Shown in pieces: positions 48,034 to 58,630 of a stretch of DNA of 64,000 nucleotides (positions within the stretch are counted from its first letter, which is position 1; every line of letters begins with the position of its first letter). This stretch comes from Candidatus Latescibacterota bacterium (GTDB lineage Bacteria > Latescibacterota > UBA2968). The position numbers and the translations under genes are program-made. The notes under the pieces were generated by a model, which had not been told where the DNA came from, searched no databases, and saw only the letters and a program-made list of their open reading frames with translations. Where the stretch lies: contig OZ220741.1 of NCBI GenBank assembly GCA_965116885.1, positions 352,001 to 416,000 of the forward strand, read 5' to 3'.

Positions 48034-51000
48034 TTAATCCGCCGCCTGCGCCGGGTCATCCCCCCACGGCTCAGACCTCTGGAAACTCACCGCGGCAATC
48101 CGCTTCAACAACCCGCGCAAATCATCCAACAAAACGTAAAACAGCGGAATCACAAACAGCGTCAACGCCGTTGACACAATCAGCCCGCCCATCATCGTAA
48201 TCCCCAGTGGCGCATAGGGCATCCCCATCATCGTACTGCTGCCAATCGCCATGGGAAATAACCCGAACACCGTCGTGCAGGTCGTCATCAAAATGGGACG
48301 AAAACGATTGTGACCCGCCGCCATAATTGCCGCCGCGCGATCCATACCCGTCTGGCGCAACCGATTGATCATATCGACCAGCACAATCGCATTGTTGACC
48401 ACCACCCCAATCAGCACAATTGCCCCCACATTCGACATAAAATCCATCGTCGTACCCGTCAACCACAACCCCCAGTACACTCCCAAAAAAGAAAACGGAA
48501 TCGAAAAAATCACAGCAAAGGGCAAAATAACCGACTCAAACAACACGCCCATCAGCAAAAACACAAAAACGACCGCCATAATCACCGCAAATGTCATCGC
48601 CTGACTTTCTCGGCTGTATTGCGAATACCGCTCGCCCTTGTTCCACTCATACCCCCTCGGCAGCGTGAACCCCTCCATCACCCGATCAATTTCCCGATAC
48701 AACCCTTCCACATCATCCTTGGTCGTATAAACGCGCACGCGCAACCGGTTGCGACCATTATGCCTAAAAATATAGCCTGGACCTTTGGTTATTTCAAAAG
48801 TTGCAAAACTCGATAACGGCAACTTTTCACCCGTATCGGTCACAAACATAAAATTCTTCAACTGCATCAGCGACTGCCGGTCGGATTCATCCAAAATCAG
48901 TTGCACATTCACCTCGTGATCATCCGTCTGAAACCGCGGCAACGTCGCACCGCGCAATTGATATGCCAATGTGCGGCTGATCCGCTCTGCCGGAATACCG
49001 TGCTTTTTTGCCTGAGCGCGATTCACGCGAATGCGAATCTCGTCTTTGCCAAACTCCAGGTCGCTTTGCAAACTCGTCACCGATGGAATCTGCTGCAACC
49101 GCCGCTCCACTTCCCCCAGCATATCTTCTAATTTTTCAAAATCAGGACCGTACAAATACACGCGCACATAGGGATCGCGCCCCCCCGAATTTCTGGATTC
49201 CACAGAGACCCGAAATCCAACATAGCGCGGCACCTCCTTATTCAACTCGTCAATGATCTCTTGTCGCGTCATCCACCGCTCAATGGGAAAACCGATCAAC
49301 ACACGCGCCCAGCGATACACAGCATACCACCACGCTTGATGGGGATCTTCCTCCAGATTCATTCGCAAATTGATGTACCCGCGCCGAAAATACGTCATAA
49401 CATTTTTGATCTTATACCTATCCCGCCGCTCATTCACATACACTTCCAGATCGCTCGCAATTTTATCCATCTCTTCCAGGGAAAAATTATTGGGACCATA
49501 CATGCGAATGGTCACGCGATTCGAAGAAAAACGCATCTGATCGGTCTTCTTCACATTCTGATATGGAAAATAAATCGTAGCAAACAAAACCAGCACCATG
49601 AGAAACGCATCTCGCCGATGGTGAATAACCCAGTTCAAACCGCGCCGATAAATGCGGCGGACAAAAGCGATGGACTTTGGATCTGACCGCACAACCGCAT
49701 CGCCAAAGCGCTGGGCAGCCAGGGGAATAAACAACAGTGCCACAAACAGAGACGCCACCAGCGCAAACACCACGGGCATCCCAATTTTCGACAGCAAAAA
49801 CTTCATATCAAAGCTGTCATTCATCAGCATCATCGGCAAAAACACCACCACAGTGGTCAGCGTCGCCATCGTAATCGCCAGCCCCACCTCGCTCGCCCCG
49901 TGGATAGATGCACCGCGCGGATCTTCACCCTCTGCCCGCAAGCGATAAATATTCTCCACAATCACAATCGCATTATCCACCACCATGCCCACCCCCACCA
50001 TCAACCCCATCATCGTCAACAAATTGAGCGACCAACCCATAAAATAGAGCACGGTAATCGTCATCATCACACACAGCGGAATGGACAGCGTAATCAGCGC
50101 CGTCATACGCAGAGCACGCAAAAAAAACAGCAACACCAGCGCCGCAAACAACCCGCCCCAAAGTCCCGTGACTTTCAAATTATCCATCGAATCTTCTATC
50201 AGCTTGCCCTCGCTGTAAAACAGGCGAAACTCCGCAGGCGTATTGGCCTCAATCTCCTCCATTTTGACCACGATACGCTTGCACAAATCGACAATATTCT
50301 CACCCGACTCCTTATACACATCCAGACCCAGATTGCGCTGCCCATCCACGCGCCACACCCGGTCTCTCGGCGGCGCAGCATACACCACATCTGCCACATC
50401 CTTGAGGCGCACCTGCACACTGCTATAACGGCTCTGAACAACAATATTCTCAATCTCCTTCAGGCTTTGATAATGCGCCAGAGATCGCACGTAAAACCGC
50501 TTACCTCCCTCCTGCACATGACCGCCAGACAAAGAAAAATTGTCCTGCTGCAACGACGCCACAAGCTCATGGGTTTCAATCCCATGCGTTCGCAACCGCT
50601 CTTGATCCACCAGAATCAAAACCTCCTTGTTCTCAAACCCCCACACACTGGTTTTCGCCACGCCATCAATCCGCTCAATTGGATCGAGAACATGGGTTTG
50701 AACCCATTGCTCCTTATTGACAATATCCTCCGGAATAGACAACCCCGTCCAGACCACCTCGGAATCGGTTTCTTGATTCCACGAATACACCTTGATCTGA
50801 TCGCGCACTTCTTCGGGCAAATCGAGCCTGGCGTGCTCAAGTCGATCTGCCACGCGAACATACGCCTCGCGCATATCTGTGCCCCGGTGAAATTTCAACT
50901 CAACGCCTGCCCACGGATCGCCGGCAAAAGCGTAAATATCGCTGAGTTCTCTCACCGTACGCATATGTCGTTCCATCGGCAACGCAATGGTATTAAATCG

Positions 51001-51204
51001 CTCTTGAACCGACGCATTTTCTGTGGCAACATCCACCCAAAACCGATTCCAGTCATTGCCCGACGCCCATGCCTGAATGGGAATGCGCCAATACGCCACC
51101 AGCCCAATCACCATCAACCCCACCAAACACATCGTCACCGTCACCGGCCGCGTCACCGAAATCCTGGGCAAAAGCGATGTTCTCTTCTCCTTCTTCTCAG
51201 CCAT
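48034..51204 (-). CDS. RND efflux permease (AcrB/AcrD/AcrF family)
   Basis: RPVT, GMVVDNAIVIVENI, FES...PF, GVVVNNAIVLVD and RFRPILMT motifs. Confidence 0.93.
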   Translation of the reverse strand: MAEKKEKRTSLLPRISVTRPVTVTMCLVGLMVIGLVAYWRIPIQAWASGNDWNRFWVDVATENASVQERFNTIALPMERHMRTVRELSDIYAFAGDPWAGVELKFHRGTDMREAYVRVADRLEHARLDLPEEVRDQIKVYSWNQETDSEVVWTGLSIPEDIVNKEQWVQTHVLDPIERIDGVAKTSVWGFENKEVLILVDQERLRTHGIETHELVASLQQDNFSLSGGHVQEGGKRFYVRSLAHYQSLKEIENIVVQSRYSSVQVRLKDVADVVYAAPPRDRVWRVDGQRNLGLDVYKESGENIVDLCKRIVVKMEEIEANTPAEFRLFYSEGKLIEDSMDNLKVTGLWGGLFAALVLLFFLRALRMTALITLSIPLCVMMTITVLYFMGWSLNLLTMMGLMVGVGMVVDNAIVIVENIYRLRAEGEDPRGASIHGASEVGLAITMATLTTVVVFLPMMLMNDSFDMKFLLSKIGMPVVFALVASLFVALLFIPLAAQRFGDAVVRSDPKSIAFVRRIYRRGLNWVIHHRRDAFLMVLVLFATIYFPYQNVKKTDQMRFSSNRVTIRMYGPNNFSLEEMDKIASDLEVYVNERRDRYKIKNVMTYFRRGYINLRMNLEEDPHQAWWYAVYRWARVLIGFPIERWMTRQEIIDELNKEVPRYVGFRVSVESRNSGGRDPYVRVYLYGPDFEKLEDMLGEVERRLQQIPSVTSLQSDLEFGKDEIRIRVNRAQAKKHGIPAERISRTLAYQLRGATLPRFQTDDHEVNVQLILDESDRQSLMQLKNFMFVTDTGEKLPLSSFATFEITKGPGYIFRHNGRNRLRVRVYTTKDDVEGLYREIDRVMEGFTLPRGYEWNKGERYSQYSRESQAMTFAVIMAVVFVFLLMGVLFESVILPFAVIFSIPFSFLGVYWGLWLTGTTMDFMSNVGAIVLIGVVVNNAIVLVDMINRLRQTGMDRAAAIMAAGHNRFRPILMTTCTTVFGLFPMAIGSSTMMGMPYAPLGITMMGGLIVSTALTLFVIPLFYVLLDDLRGLLKRIAAVSFQRSEPWGDDPAQAAD

Positions 51205-51285
51205 TTATATCCTCCGAATGGTATCCCATCTCTCCTCTCTCACCTATATAGACACACCCCAGAACCATCCGGTTTTCTTTTGGGC

Positions 51286-51310
51286 AAAAAAAAATCCGCA
51301 AAGCGGATTT
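51286..51310 (-). terminator. Intrinsic terminator downstream of the coiled-coil gene pair
   Basis: Minus strand AAATCCGC-TTT-GCGGATTT followed by a T-run. Confidence 0.65.
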
Positions 51311-51384
51311 ATAAAAGTCACAGCGGGATTGGCGATATCAATGTCCAGAAATACGAGTCTCCTGCTTTCAAGAAATGTCAAGTA

Positions 51385-51681
51385 TTATTTGATCAGCAAC
51401 CCGGCGACGGCACAGATCGCAATAACGGCAGCAATGACACAAGAAATTTGCCAATTGCGCGTATTGCCAAACTCTTGCTTTGCCGATTGTATTTCTTGTT
51501 TTAGTTCATCCCGTAAGCCCCGAAAGCCCGCATCCATTTTATCGGACAAGCGATTTATAGCTTGTGTCAATTCGCTTTTGGTATTGTCAACATCGGTTTG
51601 CATACGTTCAACTCGCTTGTCGAATTGGTCAAATTGCCCCTTCAGTTCAGCTTGTTCCTTTTCAACTGCTTCAATCGCCAT
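51385..51681 (-). CDS. Small coiled-coil protein with C-terminal TM (DUF1640/Bdr-like), paralogue 1
   Basis: 98 aa, heptad/hendecad-like coil with a hydrophobic tail; near-identical to the neighbouring gene. Confidence 0.75.
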   Translation of the reverse strand: MAIEAVEKEQAELKGQFDQFDKRVERMQTDVDNTKSELTQAINRLSDKMDAGFRGLRDELKQEIQSAKQEFGNTRNWQISCVIAAVIAICAVAGLLIK

Positions 51682-51739
51682 TGGTTTTCCTTACGGTTTG
51701 AGTCACAAATTGAGTTATTGAGAGAGACAGTGAGAGGCG

Positions 51740-52003
51740 TTACTTAATTATCAGCCCAGCGACAGCACAGACCGCAATAACGGCAGCAATGACGAAGGAC
51801 AATTGCCATTTTTGTGTATTGCCCAGATCCCGTCGAAGGTCGGCAAAGCCCGCGTCCATCCTGTCAAACAAGCGATTGATCGAGTCGGTTAATTCTCGTT
51901 TGGTATTATCAGACTCGGTTTGCATCCTGTCAACTCGCTTATCGAACTGGTCAAATTGTCCCTTGAGTTCAGCCTGTTCCTTTTCAACTGCTTCAATCGC
52001 CAT
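51740..52003 (-). CDS. Small coiled-coil protein with C-terminal TM (DUF1640/Bdr-like), paralogue 2
   Basis: 87 aa; starts with the same MAIEAVEKEQAELKGQFDQFDKRV; 11 aa shorter than paralogue 1. Confidence 0.75.
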   Translation of the reverse strand: MAIEAVEKEQAELKGQFDQFDKRVDRMQTESDNTKRELTDSINRLFDRMDAGFADLRRDLGNTQKWQLSFVIAAVIAVCAVAGLIIK

Positions 52004-52162
52004 TTTTGCCCTCTTCATCGAGTTTAAATTTAAGCACTTATAAGGCGTGACCTCTTCGACTATCTGATCGCCTCTTCGCAAAAACTACCCGATAAAGGTT
52101 ACATTGTCCAGCGATATTTTGTTTACTGCACTCGCTCTTCACACTTCCTACTTCACACTTCC

Positions 52163-52951
52163 CTACGGCATTCCTCTCCGCCCACCCCCATCCATATAAA
52201 TCGAACTCCCAAACACATAGGAACACGCCTCAGACGCCAAAAAAGTAACGACACTGGCGATTTCTTCAGGCTCGGCCATGCGACCGGCGGGCAACTCCGC
52301 GCCCAGATCTTTGAGCACCGCCTCGACATCTCGCCCCTCGCGGTCTGCCCGCGCCTTCTGCTGCGAACGCGCGCGGGGCGTATTGGTCAACCCCGGACAA
52401 ACCGCATTCACCAGAACACCATCGCCAGACACCGCATCGGACAGCGCGCGCGTCATATTCAAAATAATCGCATTTGCCGATCCCGTCGGAATATTGCCCC
52501 GCGTGGGACTCGTACCCGCACCACCCGCGACATTGACAATGCGCCCCCATCCACTTTCCCGCATCAGCGGAATCACCAGTTGCGCCATCCGCAAATAGCT
52601 ATAACTCTTCAACGCCAACGCCTCGCTAATCTGCGCCACATCCAAATCTAAAATATCGGCATTGCGCGCCGCCCCCACATTATTGACCAGCACATCCACC
52701 CCTCCAAACGCGCCTATAGCCTCATTGACCACCACCTCACAATTCTCCTCCCGCGTCAAATCGACCGCAACTGCATGCCCTTCCCCGCCCGCTGCATCGA
52801 TCTCGGCAACCACCGCATCCAACGTCTCCCGCGTGCGTGCCGCAATACACACACGCGCCCCCTCCTGCGCCAACGCCAGAGCACAACAACGCCCAATCCC
52901 CTGACTGCCACCCGTAACAATCGCCCGTTTTCCTCTCAATCCCAGATCCAT
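52163..52951 (-). CDS. SDR-family oxidoreductase (atypical, lacks YxxxK)
   Basis: TGGSQGIG, VDVLVNNVG, VNAVCPG and DGG motifs; active-site segment reads TGSAN. Confidence 0.88.
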   Translation of the reverse strand: MDLGLRGKRAIVTGGSQGIGRCCALALAQEGARVCIAARTRETLDAVVAEIDAAGGEGHAVAVDLTREENCEVVVNEAIGAFGGVDVLVNNVGAARNADILDLDVAQISEALALKSYSYLRMAQLVIPLMRESGWGRIVNVAGGAGTSPTRGNIPTGSANAIILNMTRALSDAVSGDGVLVNAVCPGLTNTPRARSQQKARADREGRDVEAVLKDLGAELPAGRMAEPEEIASVVTFLASEACSYVFGSSIYMDGGGRRGMP

Positions 52952-52963
52952 CTCACACTCCGT

Positions 52964-53740
52964 TTACTCAATCTCCGCTCTGATCCCATCCCACTCCCGC
53001 CAGATATCCGTAAACACATCCATGCCATTCTCCCCGATATCGACATGCCTCGCCCTGAAAATCACGGCATATCGAATATCTGGACACGCATTAATCGCCG
53101 CCGTGTGAATAATCTGATGATGCGCCAGAATGAGATCGCCAGGCTCGCCGGTCAACTGCACCGCACCTTCCGGCACCGTCACATCGGGCATATAATTCAA
53201 CAAAATCTCATGCCCTCTTTCCCGAAACACATCCTCCATCACATGATGTGACTTTGGCCAAACCGTAAAATTGCCGCAATACGACGCGGGCACATCGTCC
53301 AGATACACCACAGCAAAAGCCGTAAAATCCCGGCTGTACCCACTCTCTTCAACCGTCCCCCTCAAAAAATCACGCGCCTTTGCAATCCCATCCAGATGTC
53401 CACCCGTTCGCAATGGCGGACCCGCAGTCGCGAGTTGGGGATCTCTTTGCGGCGTCCCAACCGGCGCGGGAAAATTCAGCTTCACAGCACCGTGGCCCTG
53501 GCGCTGCAAATTCCCTTCACCCAATGCCGATTCGAGCAATGGAAACACCGGCGTCTCGTTAAACAGATCCGTAATCACCGGCATCGCGCGAATATCCCCA
53601 AAAGAACGCCTGTCGCCCTTCCCAATCTCCGCATTAATCGCCTGTCGCGCCGCCTCCACCATCACGCCCGGCACAGCACCCTCAATTTTCAAAAACCCTT
53701 CTCTGTAAAATTCCAACTTCTGCAATTTTGTCAATTCCAT
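52964..53740 (-). CDS. PhyH-family dioxygenase
   Basis: GHLDG, VYLDD, GNFTVWPKSH and HTAAIN motifs. Confidence 0.85.
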   Translation of the reverse strand: MELTKLQKLEFYREGFLKIEGAVPGVMVEAARQAINAEIGKGDRRSFGDIRAMPVITDLFNETPVFPLLESALGEGNLQRQGHGAVKLNFPAPVGTPQRDPQLATAGPPLRTGGHLDGIAKARDFLRGTVEESGYSRDFTAFAVVYLDDVPASYCGNFTVWPKSHHVMEDVFRERGHEILLNYMPDVTVPEGAVQLTGEPGDLILAHHQIIHTAAINACPDIRYAVIFRARHVDIGENGMDVFTDIWREWDGIRAEIE

Positions 53741-53750
53741 CACACGCTCC

Positions 53751-54512
53751 TCACGGTGACCACAGACCCCAATCTTCCGTCTTCTTCCAGCGGGTCTGAC
53801 ATCCCTGGCAAGAGCAAAAATACCGCATCATCCAGCGCGGACGCCCACCCACATTTGCCGTGCCATTGTGTCCAAATAAATACGTAAAAAACAACACATC
53901 CCCGCGTTTTGGTGTCAACTCAATCGGATCGCCTAAATCCAGCCTGGGAATATCCCGATTCAGGTGAAACAGGTATTTGTACTTTTCTCGATCCGACTCT
54001 GCAAGCGCGAGAATTTTGCGATGCGATCCCGGAAAAACCGCCGTCCCACCCCCTTTGTGTTTCACATCGCTCAAAAATACCAGACTCGCAATGCGATAAG
54101 GACCGGGAAACGTCTCGTGCATGTGTTCTTTGGGAATGCCATCAACATGCGCCCTGGGCAAAGACCATTCCCCATTGATGGGAACTTTATTCTGCGAGTG
54201 AACCGCTTCAGGTGGATGCACCTCCTCTTCGCCGACCAACTCAGCCGTCGCCTTCAAATAGTGCGGCGTTACACACGCCATCAAATCCCGGTCGCGAAGA
54301 CCGTTAAACACAGACAATCCCCGCGCAGCCTGAAAACCAGCAACACCTTCGGGTTTTCGATGCCATGTCTCTGGATCACCTGGCGCCATACCCATAATCC
54401 GCCACATCGCATCTTCTGCTCGTTCTGCCACATCCTCTGGAATCAAACCCGACGCCAGAAGATACCCATCTCTTTCGTATTCCGCGCGTTGCGCCTCCGT
54501 CAAAACACCCAT
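53751..54512 (-). CDS. PhyH-family dioxygenase
   Basis: YERDGY, AHVDG, FLSD..GGGT.VFPGSH and GHNG motifs. Confidence 0.85.
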   Translation of the reverse strand: MGVLTEAQRAEYERDGYLLASGLIPEDVAERAEDAMWRIMGMAPGDPETWHRKPEGVAGFQAARGLSVFNGLRDRDLMACVTPHYLKATAELVGEEEVHPPEAVHSQNKVPINGEWSLPRAHVDGIPKEHMHETFPGPYRIASLVFLSDVKHKGGGTAVFPGSHRKILALAESDREKYKYLFHLNRDIPRLDLGDPIELTPKRGDVLFFTYLFGHNGTANVGGRPRWMMRYFCSCQGCQTRWKKTEDWGLWSP

Positions 54513-54532
54513 GGGATTCCTCCATCAGTTCT

Positions 54533-55393
54533 TCAATTCCACGACGTCAAACCCAACAACTTCTCCCCCAATTCCGTCAACTTCGCCGGCTTCTGCGTTT
54601 TGTGTTCCCAATCCCTCGGATCACCCGGCCAGCGGGGCGTGGGCCTGCACGCTCGCCATGCCTGAATGCGCTCATCCCGCTCTGCCTCTCCGCGACCCTC
54701 TGCAGGCGACATCGTAATATACTGCGCCAAACGGGGCCTATCCGATTGATTGTGCCCATTACCGTGTGCCAGCAACCGATGCCAGATCAAAAGATCGCCC
54801 GCCTTGCCCGGAATCGACTTCACCTCCAGATCATCCAGATTGGGCCGCCGGGGATCGCGATCCTCTGGCTGCGTCTTGACCCACTCCTCAAAAATATTAT
54901 TAAACCCAGGCACACACTGAAACCCACCCTGATCCTCCGAAGTATCCGTCAAATACAACACCCCCTGCACCCCAAAAGGCACTTTGGGCACAGACGTATC
55001 CGTATCCCAGTGAATCATACCCTCATTTTGCCAATCGGGCTTATCCGCCCGCGAAGGCGGCTTCATATTCGCGCGATCCAGCGACACCCACAACTTCTCC
55101 GTACCCCAAATCTCCGAAAACGCCTGATGCAAGCGTGGATACTGCCGGTTATCCCACAACGCCTGATGCTGATAAATCTCCACCATCCCCGACGCCGCAA
55201 TCATCGAACACGGATTCCCGCGCGTATAGGGTTTGTACTTATACCAATCCTCTGGATTATCGCGATCCATCTCCAAAAATGTCCAGACCGCATCCACCAT
55301 CGCATCCAAATTTTCCTGCGGCACCGCATTGTGTACCACTACATACCCATTCTCCCGCCAAAAATCCCAATCCTTCTCGCTCAAAACTGGCAT
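54533..55393 (-). CDS. PhyH-family dioxygenase
   Basis: W.ENGYVV, IHWD, GGFQCVPG and AGDLLIW...LAHGN motifs. Confidence 0.88.
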   Translation of the reverse strand: MPVLSEKDWDFWRENGYVVVHNAVPQENLDAMVDAVWTFLEMDRDNPEDWYKYKPYTRGNPCSMIAASGMVEIYQHQALWDNRQYPRLHQAFSEIWGTEKLWVSLDRANMKPPSRADKPDWQNEGMIHWDTDTSVPKVPFGVQGVLYLTDTSEDQGGFQCVPGFNNIFEEWVKTQPEDRDPRRPNLDDLEVKSIPGKAGDLLIWHRLLAHGNGHNQSDRPRLAQYITMSPAEGRGEAERDERIQAWRACRPTPRWPGDPRDWEHKTQKPAKLTELGEKLLGLTSWN

Positions 55394-55409
55394 CTTCGTT
55401 CTCCTTCCT

Positions 55410-56311
55410 TTATGGCTCAACCTTCACTTCTACCCCCGCAGTCTTCTCCGCCACCTTAATCGACGCTGTCTGATCTTCATCGCCCAACCCCATCCCCATC
55501 GCTATGGTCTGAATTTGATACGCCGCCGCGCCCATCAAATTTGTCGCACCCAGTGAAGCGGCCATCTGCGCAGCCAACCCGAGATCCTTGTGCGACAACT
55601 GCAACTTGAAATAGGGTTCAAAATTTCGCACCAGTGCGCGGCGCTTAAAACTCCCTTGCAAATGCGAAGAATTTGCAGCCGTATTCGACATCACATCCCA
55701 CAACACACCCACATCCAATCCCGCGGCAGCACCCATCGCAAAAGCCTCACCCAACAGCGTAGCAACCGAACACGACACCAGATTATTGACCAGCTTAGTC
55801 GTCACACCCATGCCCAACTCACCACAATAAAACTGCTCGTCGCCCAATGTATCCAGCACATCTTGTACAGACGCCACCACATCGGCATCGCCGCCAATCA
55901 TCAGCGTCAATCCCCCCGTGCCGCGTCTGCTGGCCCCTTACCCACGGGCACATCCAGCATGTGCCCGCCCTTTTCCGCTATAACCCTGCCAACCCTGCGC
56001 GTCGTATCCGGATCAATCGAACTCATATCGATATAAACCTGCCCCGCCGACAACCCGGAAACAATACCATCCGGTCCCAAAGCGACTTGCTCAACAGCCT
56101 GCGGCGTCGGCAGCGAAGAAATAACAACCTCCGACTGCTCGGCAACAGCCCGGGGCGTATTCACACCCGTTGCCCCCTTCTCCTGCAAAACCTGCACCGC
56201 TTCATCGCGCAAATCGTGAACCGCAACATCATAACCACTCGCAACCAGATGACTCGCCATCCCACCGCCCATCATCCCCAGCCCCACATATCCCAATTTT
56301 CGTTTCACCAT
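55410..56311 (-). pseudogene. NAD(P)-dependent 3-hydroxyisobutyrate/2-hydroxy-3-oxopropionate dehydrogenase family gene, split by a 1-nt frameshift
   Basis: N-half (GYVGLGMMG, DMSSI, LDVPV..G) and C-half (LTLMIGG, KLVNN, KDL) are in different frames; the junction lies at or next to a G6 run (55912-55917). Confidence 0.8.
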
Positions 56312-56319
56312 CTCACCTC

Positions 56320-58023
56320 TCAAATGTTAAATGATATCTGCCATATACCCGCAGCCTGTCTTGCCATCCATTCCTGCCGAGAGTGAATCTTATCCACGGT
56401 CCACGTATCATATTCTTGCGACAACTTGTGGGTTATGGAGAACTCGCTCGCACCATAAACAGGGTGTTTTTCAGTGAATTTTACGTTTCCGATATCGCGA
56501 TTGTGGGCCGCTTCCAGAAGCGTCATATTACCCAAACGATAGGTAGATGCTTCCCGTTGCCGATCATCAAATGCTTCCCATCCATCATCGGGATTCTCCG
56601 GCAATACGTGCTCAATACTGTACTTCGCACTCTCAAAATCAAACCGTTTTCCGGATAGGTGCTCTTCCAAACGGAATAAGATAAAACGCGCTATCTTCTT
56701 GTTGCGACTGCTGGAAGTCCGCAGTGCTTTATTGGAAAAAGCCGTTCTGAACTCTCCATTCCCGGGATAAACCGGACGCAGTGCCGCAATCGCGGCAGCA
56801 ATACTATCAATGCGACCGTCTGAAATTCCGCAAGCGATCTGGTTATACACCACTTCCTGCTCATTGCTTTGGCGACCACATATCACATTGTAGCGAAAGG
56901 ACACCACTGCGATAGCTCGCAAAAAGCGCCCAAATCCAGCCCTATCGTCTTCCGCAAAACGATCATACACCGTCATCAACACCGCCAGGGGTTGGCGCAC
57001 ACTGAACATCTGCAACTGCGCCAGGTTATCGCGTTCCTTCTCTGCCCATAAACTATCCTCTGGGCTACGCAACGCCGTATAAACCCGTGCGTACCTATCC
57101 ATATCGCGAATTAACGCAAACGCCTTTCCCCTGTCATTGATCGCGTCGCGGATGGTCTTGAACAAGTAGGTCCTGCGTACCAACCTGTTGCGACTATTCC
57201 AGAACACGCGCAAAAACTCTGGAAAACTTTCGCTGCCCAGCAACCCGACGATATCCTCCCAGCGATTTTCCAGTGTCTTGAGTTCAGATTCATGCATGCC
57301 GCCTCGAGATATGACCGAAAATAAGTAATTCTTCAGCAAATCCGTTGCAGACAAGCGCACACCGCGAGCATTCAACGTCTCGAAGACTTTGAAGGCGTTT
57401 AACTCATCCGTAACTGTGATAACCGTAAAGAATAGCTTATCCACTGCAACATCAACAAAGCGCGCCACCGCCTCGCCGTTATTATGTGAGTGCTCCCTGA
57501 CACGATCCTTAAAGAAAGTAAACGCCCGGCGCAGTAAATGCTCCGAGGCATTCAGACCTCGTTGCGGCAGGCGCTCTAAAGGAACGAGATAGTTCTGGTA
57601 AAATCCATTGTCGTGGCGATTCAAAGTCAGCTTGGAACGCGCCACCAGGCTCACCGGATCCAGATAGCCGATGTAGTTATGACGCAACTGCTGCGCACGC
57701 CGGTATTGAGGGTCGTTCGGATCGTCTGGCACCGCCAGATCCGTTAAATGAGACACCGCCGCCAGCATCAACAGACTAAGTGTCGTCATGCGTTGCTGCC
57801 CGTCAATAATGTCGAACTCCCTGTTGTCAGAGGATTGCAGCACCAAATAGCCCATATAATGCGCTGGCTCCGGATCCTCGCCAAACAGCCCGACAATGTC
57901 TTGCCACAGGTCATCCCATTCATCGCCCCCCCACGAGTAGTCGCGCTGAAACGTCGGCACGCGATAACTCAGCCCATTGCCCATGAGTTGGCGAAAGGTA
58001 TTGTTGGTGGTGTTAAAATTCAT
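56320..58023 (-). CDS. DUF262 + DUF1524 (GmrSD-like type IV) restriction endonuclease
   Basis: VPTFQRDYSW, IIDGQQR, FETLNARG and C-terminal HNH (IEHVLP...LGNMTLL...N) motifs. Confidence 0.9.
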   Translation of the reverse strand: MNFNTTNNTFRQLMGNGLSYRVPTFQRDYSWGGDEWDDLWQDIVGLFGEDPEPAHYMGYLVLQSSDNREFDIIDGQQRMTTLSLLMLAAVSHLTDLAVPDDPNDPQYRRAQQLRHNYIGYLDPVSLVARSKLTLNRHDNGFYQNYLVPLERLPQRGLNASEHLLRRAFTFFKDRVREHSHNNGEAVARFVDVAVDKLFFTVITVTDELNAFKVFETLNARGVRLSATDLLKNYLFSVISRGGMHESELKTLENRWEDIVGLLGSESFPEFLRVFWNSRNRLVRRTYLFKTIRDAINDRGKAFALIRDMDRYARVYTALRSPEDSLWAEKERDNLAQLQMFSVRQPLAVLMTVYDRFAEDDRAGFGRFLRAIAVVSFRYNVICGRQSNEQEVVYNQIACGISDGRIDSIAAAIAALRPVYPGNGEFRTAFSNKALRTSSSRNKKIARFILFRLEEHLSGKRFDFESAKYSIEHVLPENPDDGWEAFDDRQREASTYRLGNMTLLEAAHNRDIGNVKFTEKHPVYGASEFSITHKLSQEYDTWTVDKIHSRQEWMARQAAGIWQISFNI

Positions 58024-58133
58024 GTGTCGTCAACCAGAACAGTTGGTAGGAATGAATTGTTTTCACATATAGCCTATTTCGCTTGTTTTTGCAACGCACC
58101 CTTTCTTCGTGGAATCCTCATAAAACGGCCTCG

Positions 58134-58607
58134 TTAATCAGCATTTGGATCCGGATGGATCGGATCGACCCAATACACGGCTTCAGGCTCTTCAACAACT
58201 GGAATATCCAGATTCACAACCACAGGCTCCTGATCGCTGCGCACCAGCACGCACGCCAGAGGCTCTTCTTCACTGGCATTGATCTCCTGATGCGGCACAT
58301 AGGGCGGCACATAGATAAAATCACCCGGACCCGCCTCTGCCACATACTCTAACTGATCGCCCCATCGCATACGCGCCTTCCCGCTCACCACATAAATCAC
58401 ACTCTCCAGCGCCCCGTGATGGTGCGCCCCGGTCTTTGCATTCGGATGAATCTCAACCGTACCTGCCCACAACTTCTCGGCACCCGCACTCGCCCGATTA
58501 ATCGCCGCCGCCCGCGTCATCCCCGGCGTCTGCGGCGTATTAAAATCCAACTGGTCACCTGTCACCACCCGCACCCCATGATTTCGCCAATCTTTATTTT
58601 CTAACAT
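58134..58607 (-). CDS. Cupin-domain protein
   Basis: TGAHHHG.LES.IYV and GDFIYVPPYVPHQE motifs. Confidence 0.88.
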   Translation of the reverse strand: MLENKDWRNHGVRVVTGDQLDFNTPQTPGMTRAAAINRASAGAEKLWAGTVEIHPNAKTGAHHHGALESVIYVVSGKARMRWGDQLEYVAEAGPGDFIYVPPYVPHQEINASEEEPLACVLVRSDQEPVVVNLDIPVVEEPEAVYWVDPIHPDPNAD

Positions 58608-58630
58608 AACACCTCCATCGCATTATCCAC

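Noticed and set aside
49900..51504. Long plus-strand ORFs antisense to real genes (also 30315-31817, 58876-60147, 26811-27884, 24682-25695)
   Set aside because: They lie fully opposite well-supported CDSs, have H/R/I/P-biased shadow composition and no motifs.
52163..52951. SDR pseudogene because YxxxK is missing
   Set aside because: The ORF is full length with an intact NAD-binding motif, and atypical SDR subfamilies lacking Tyr/Lys are known.
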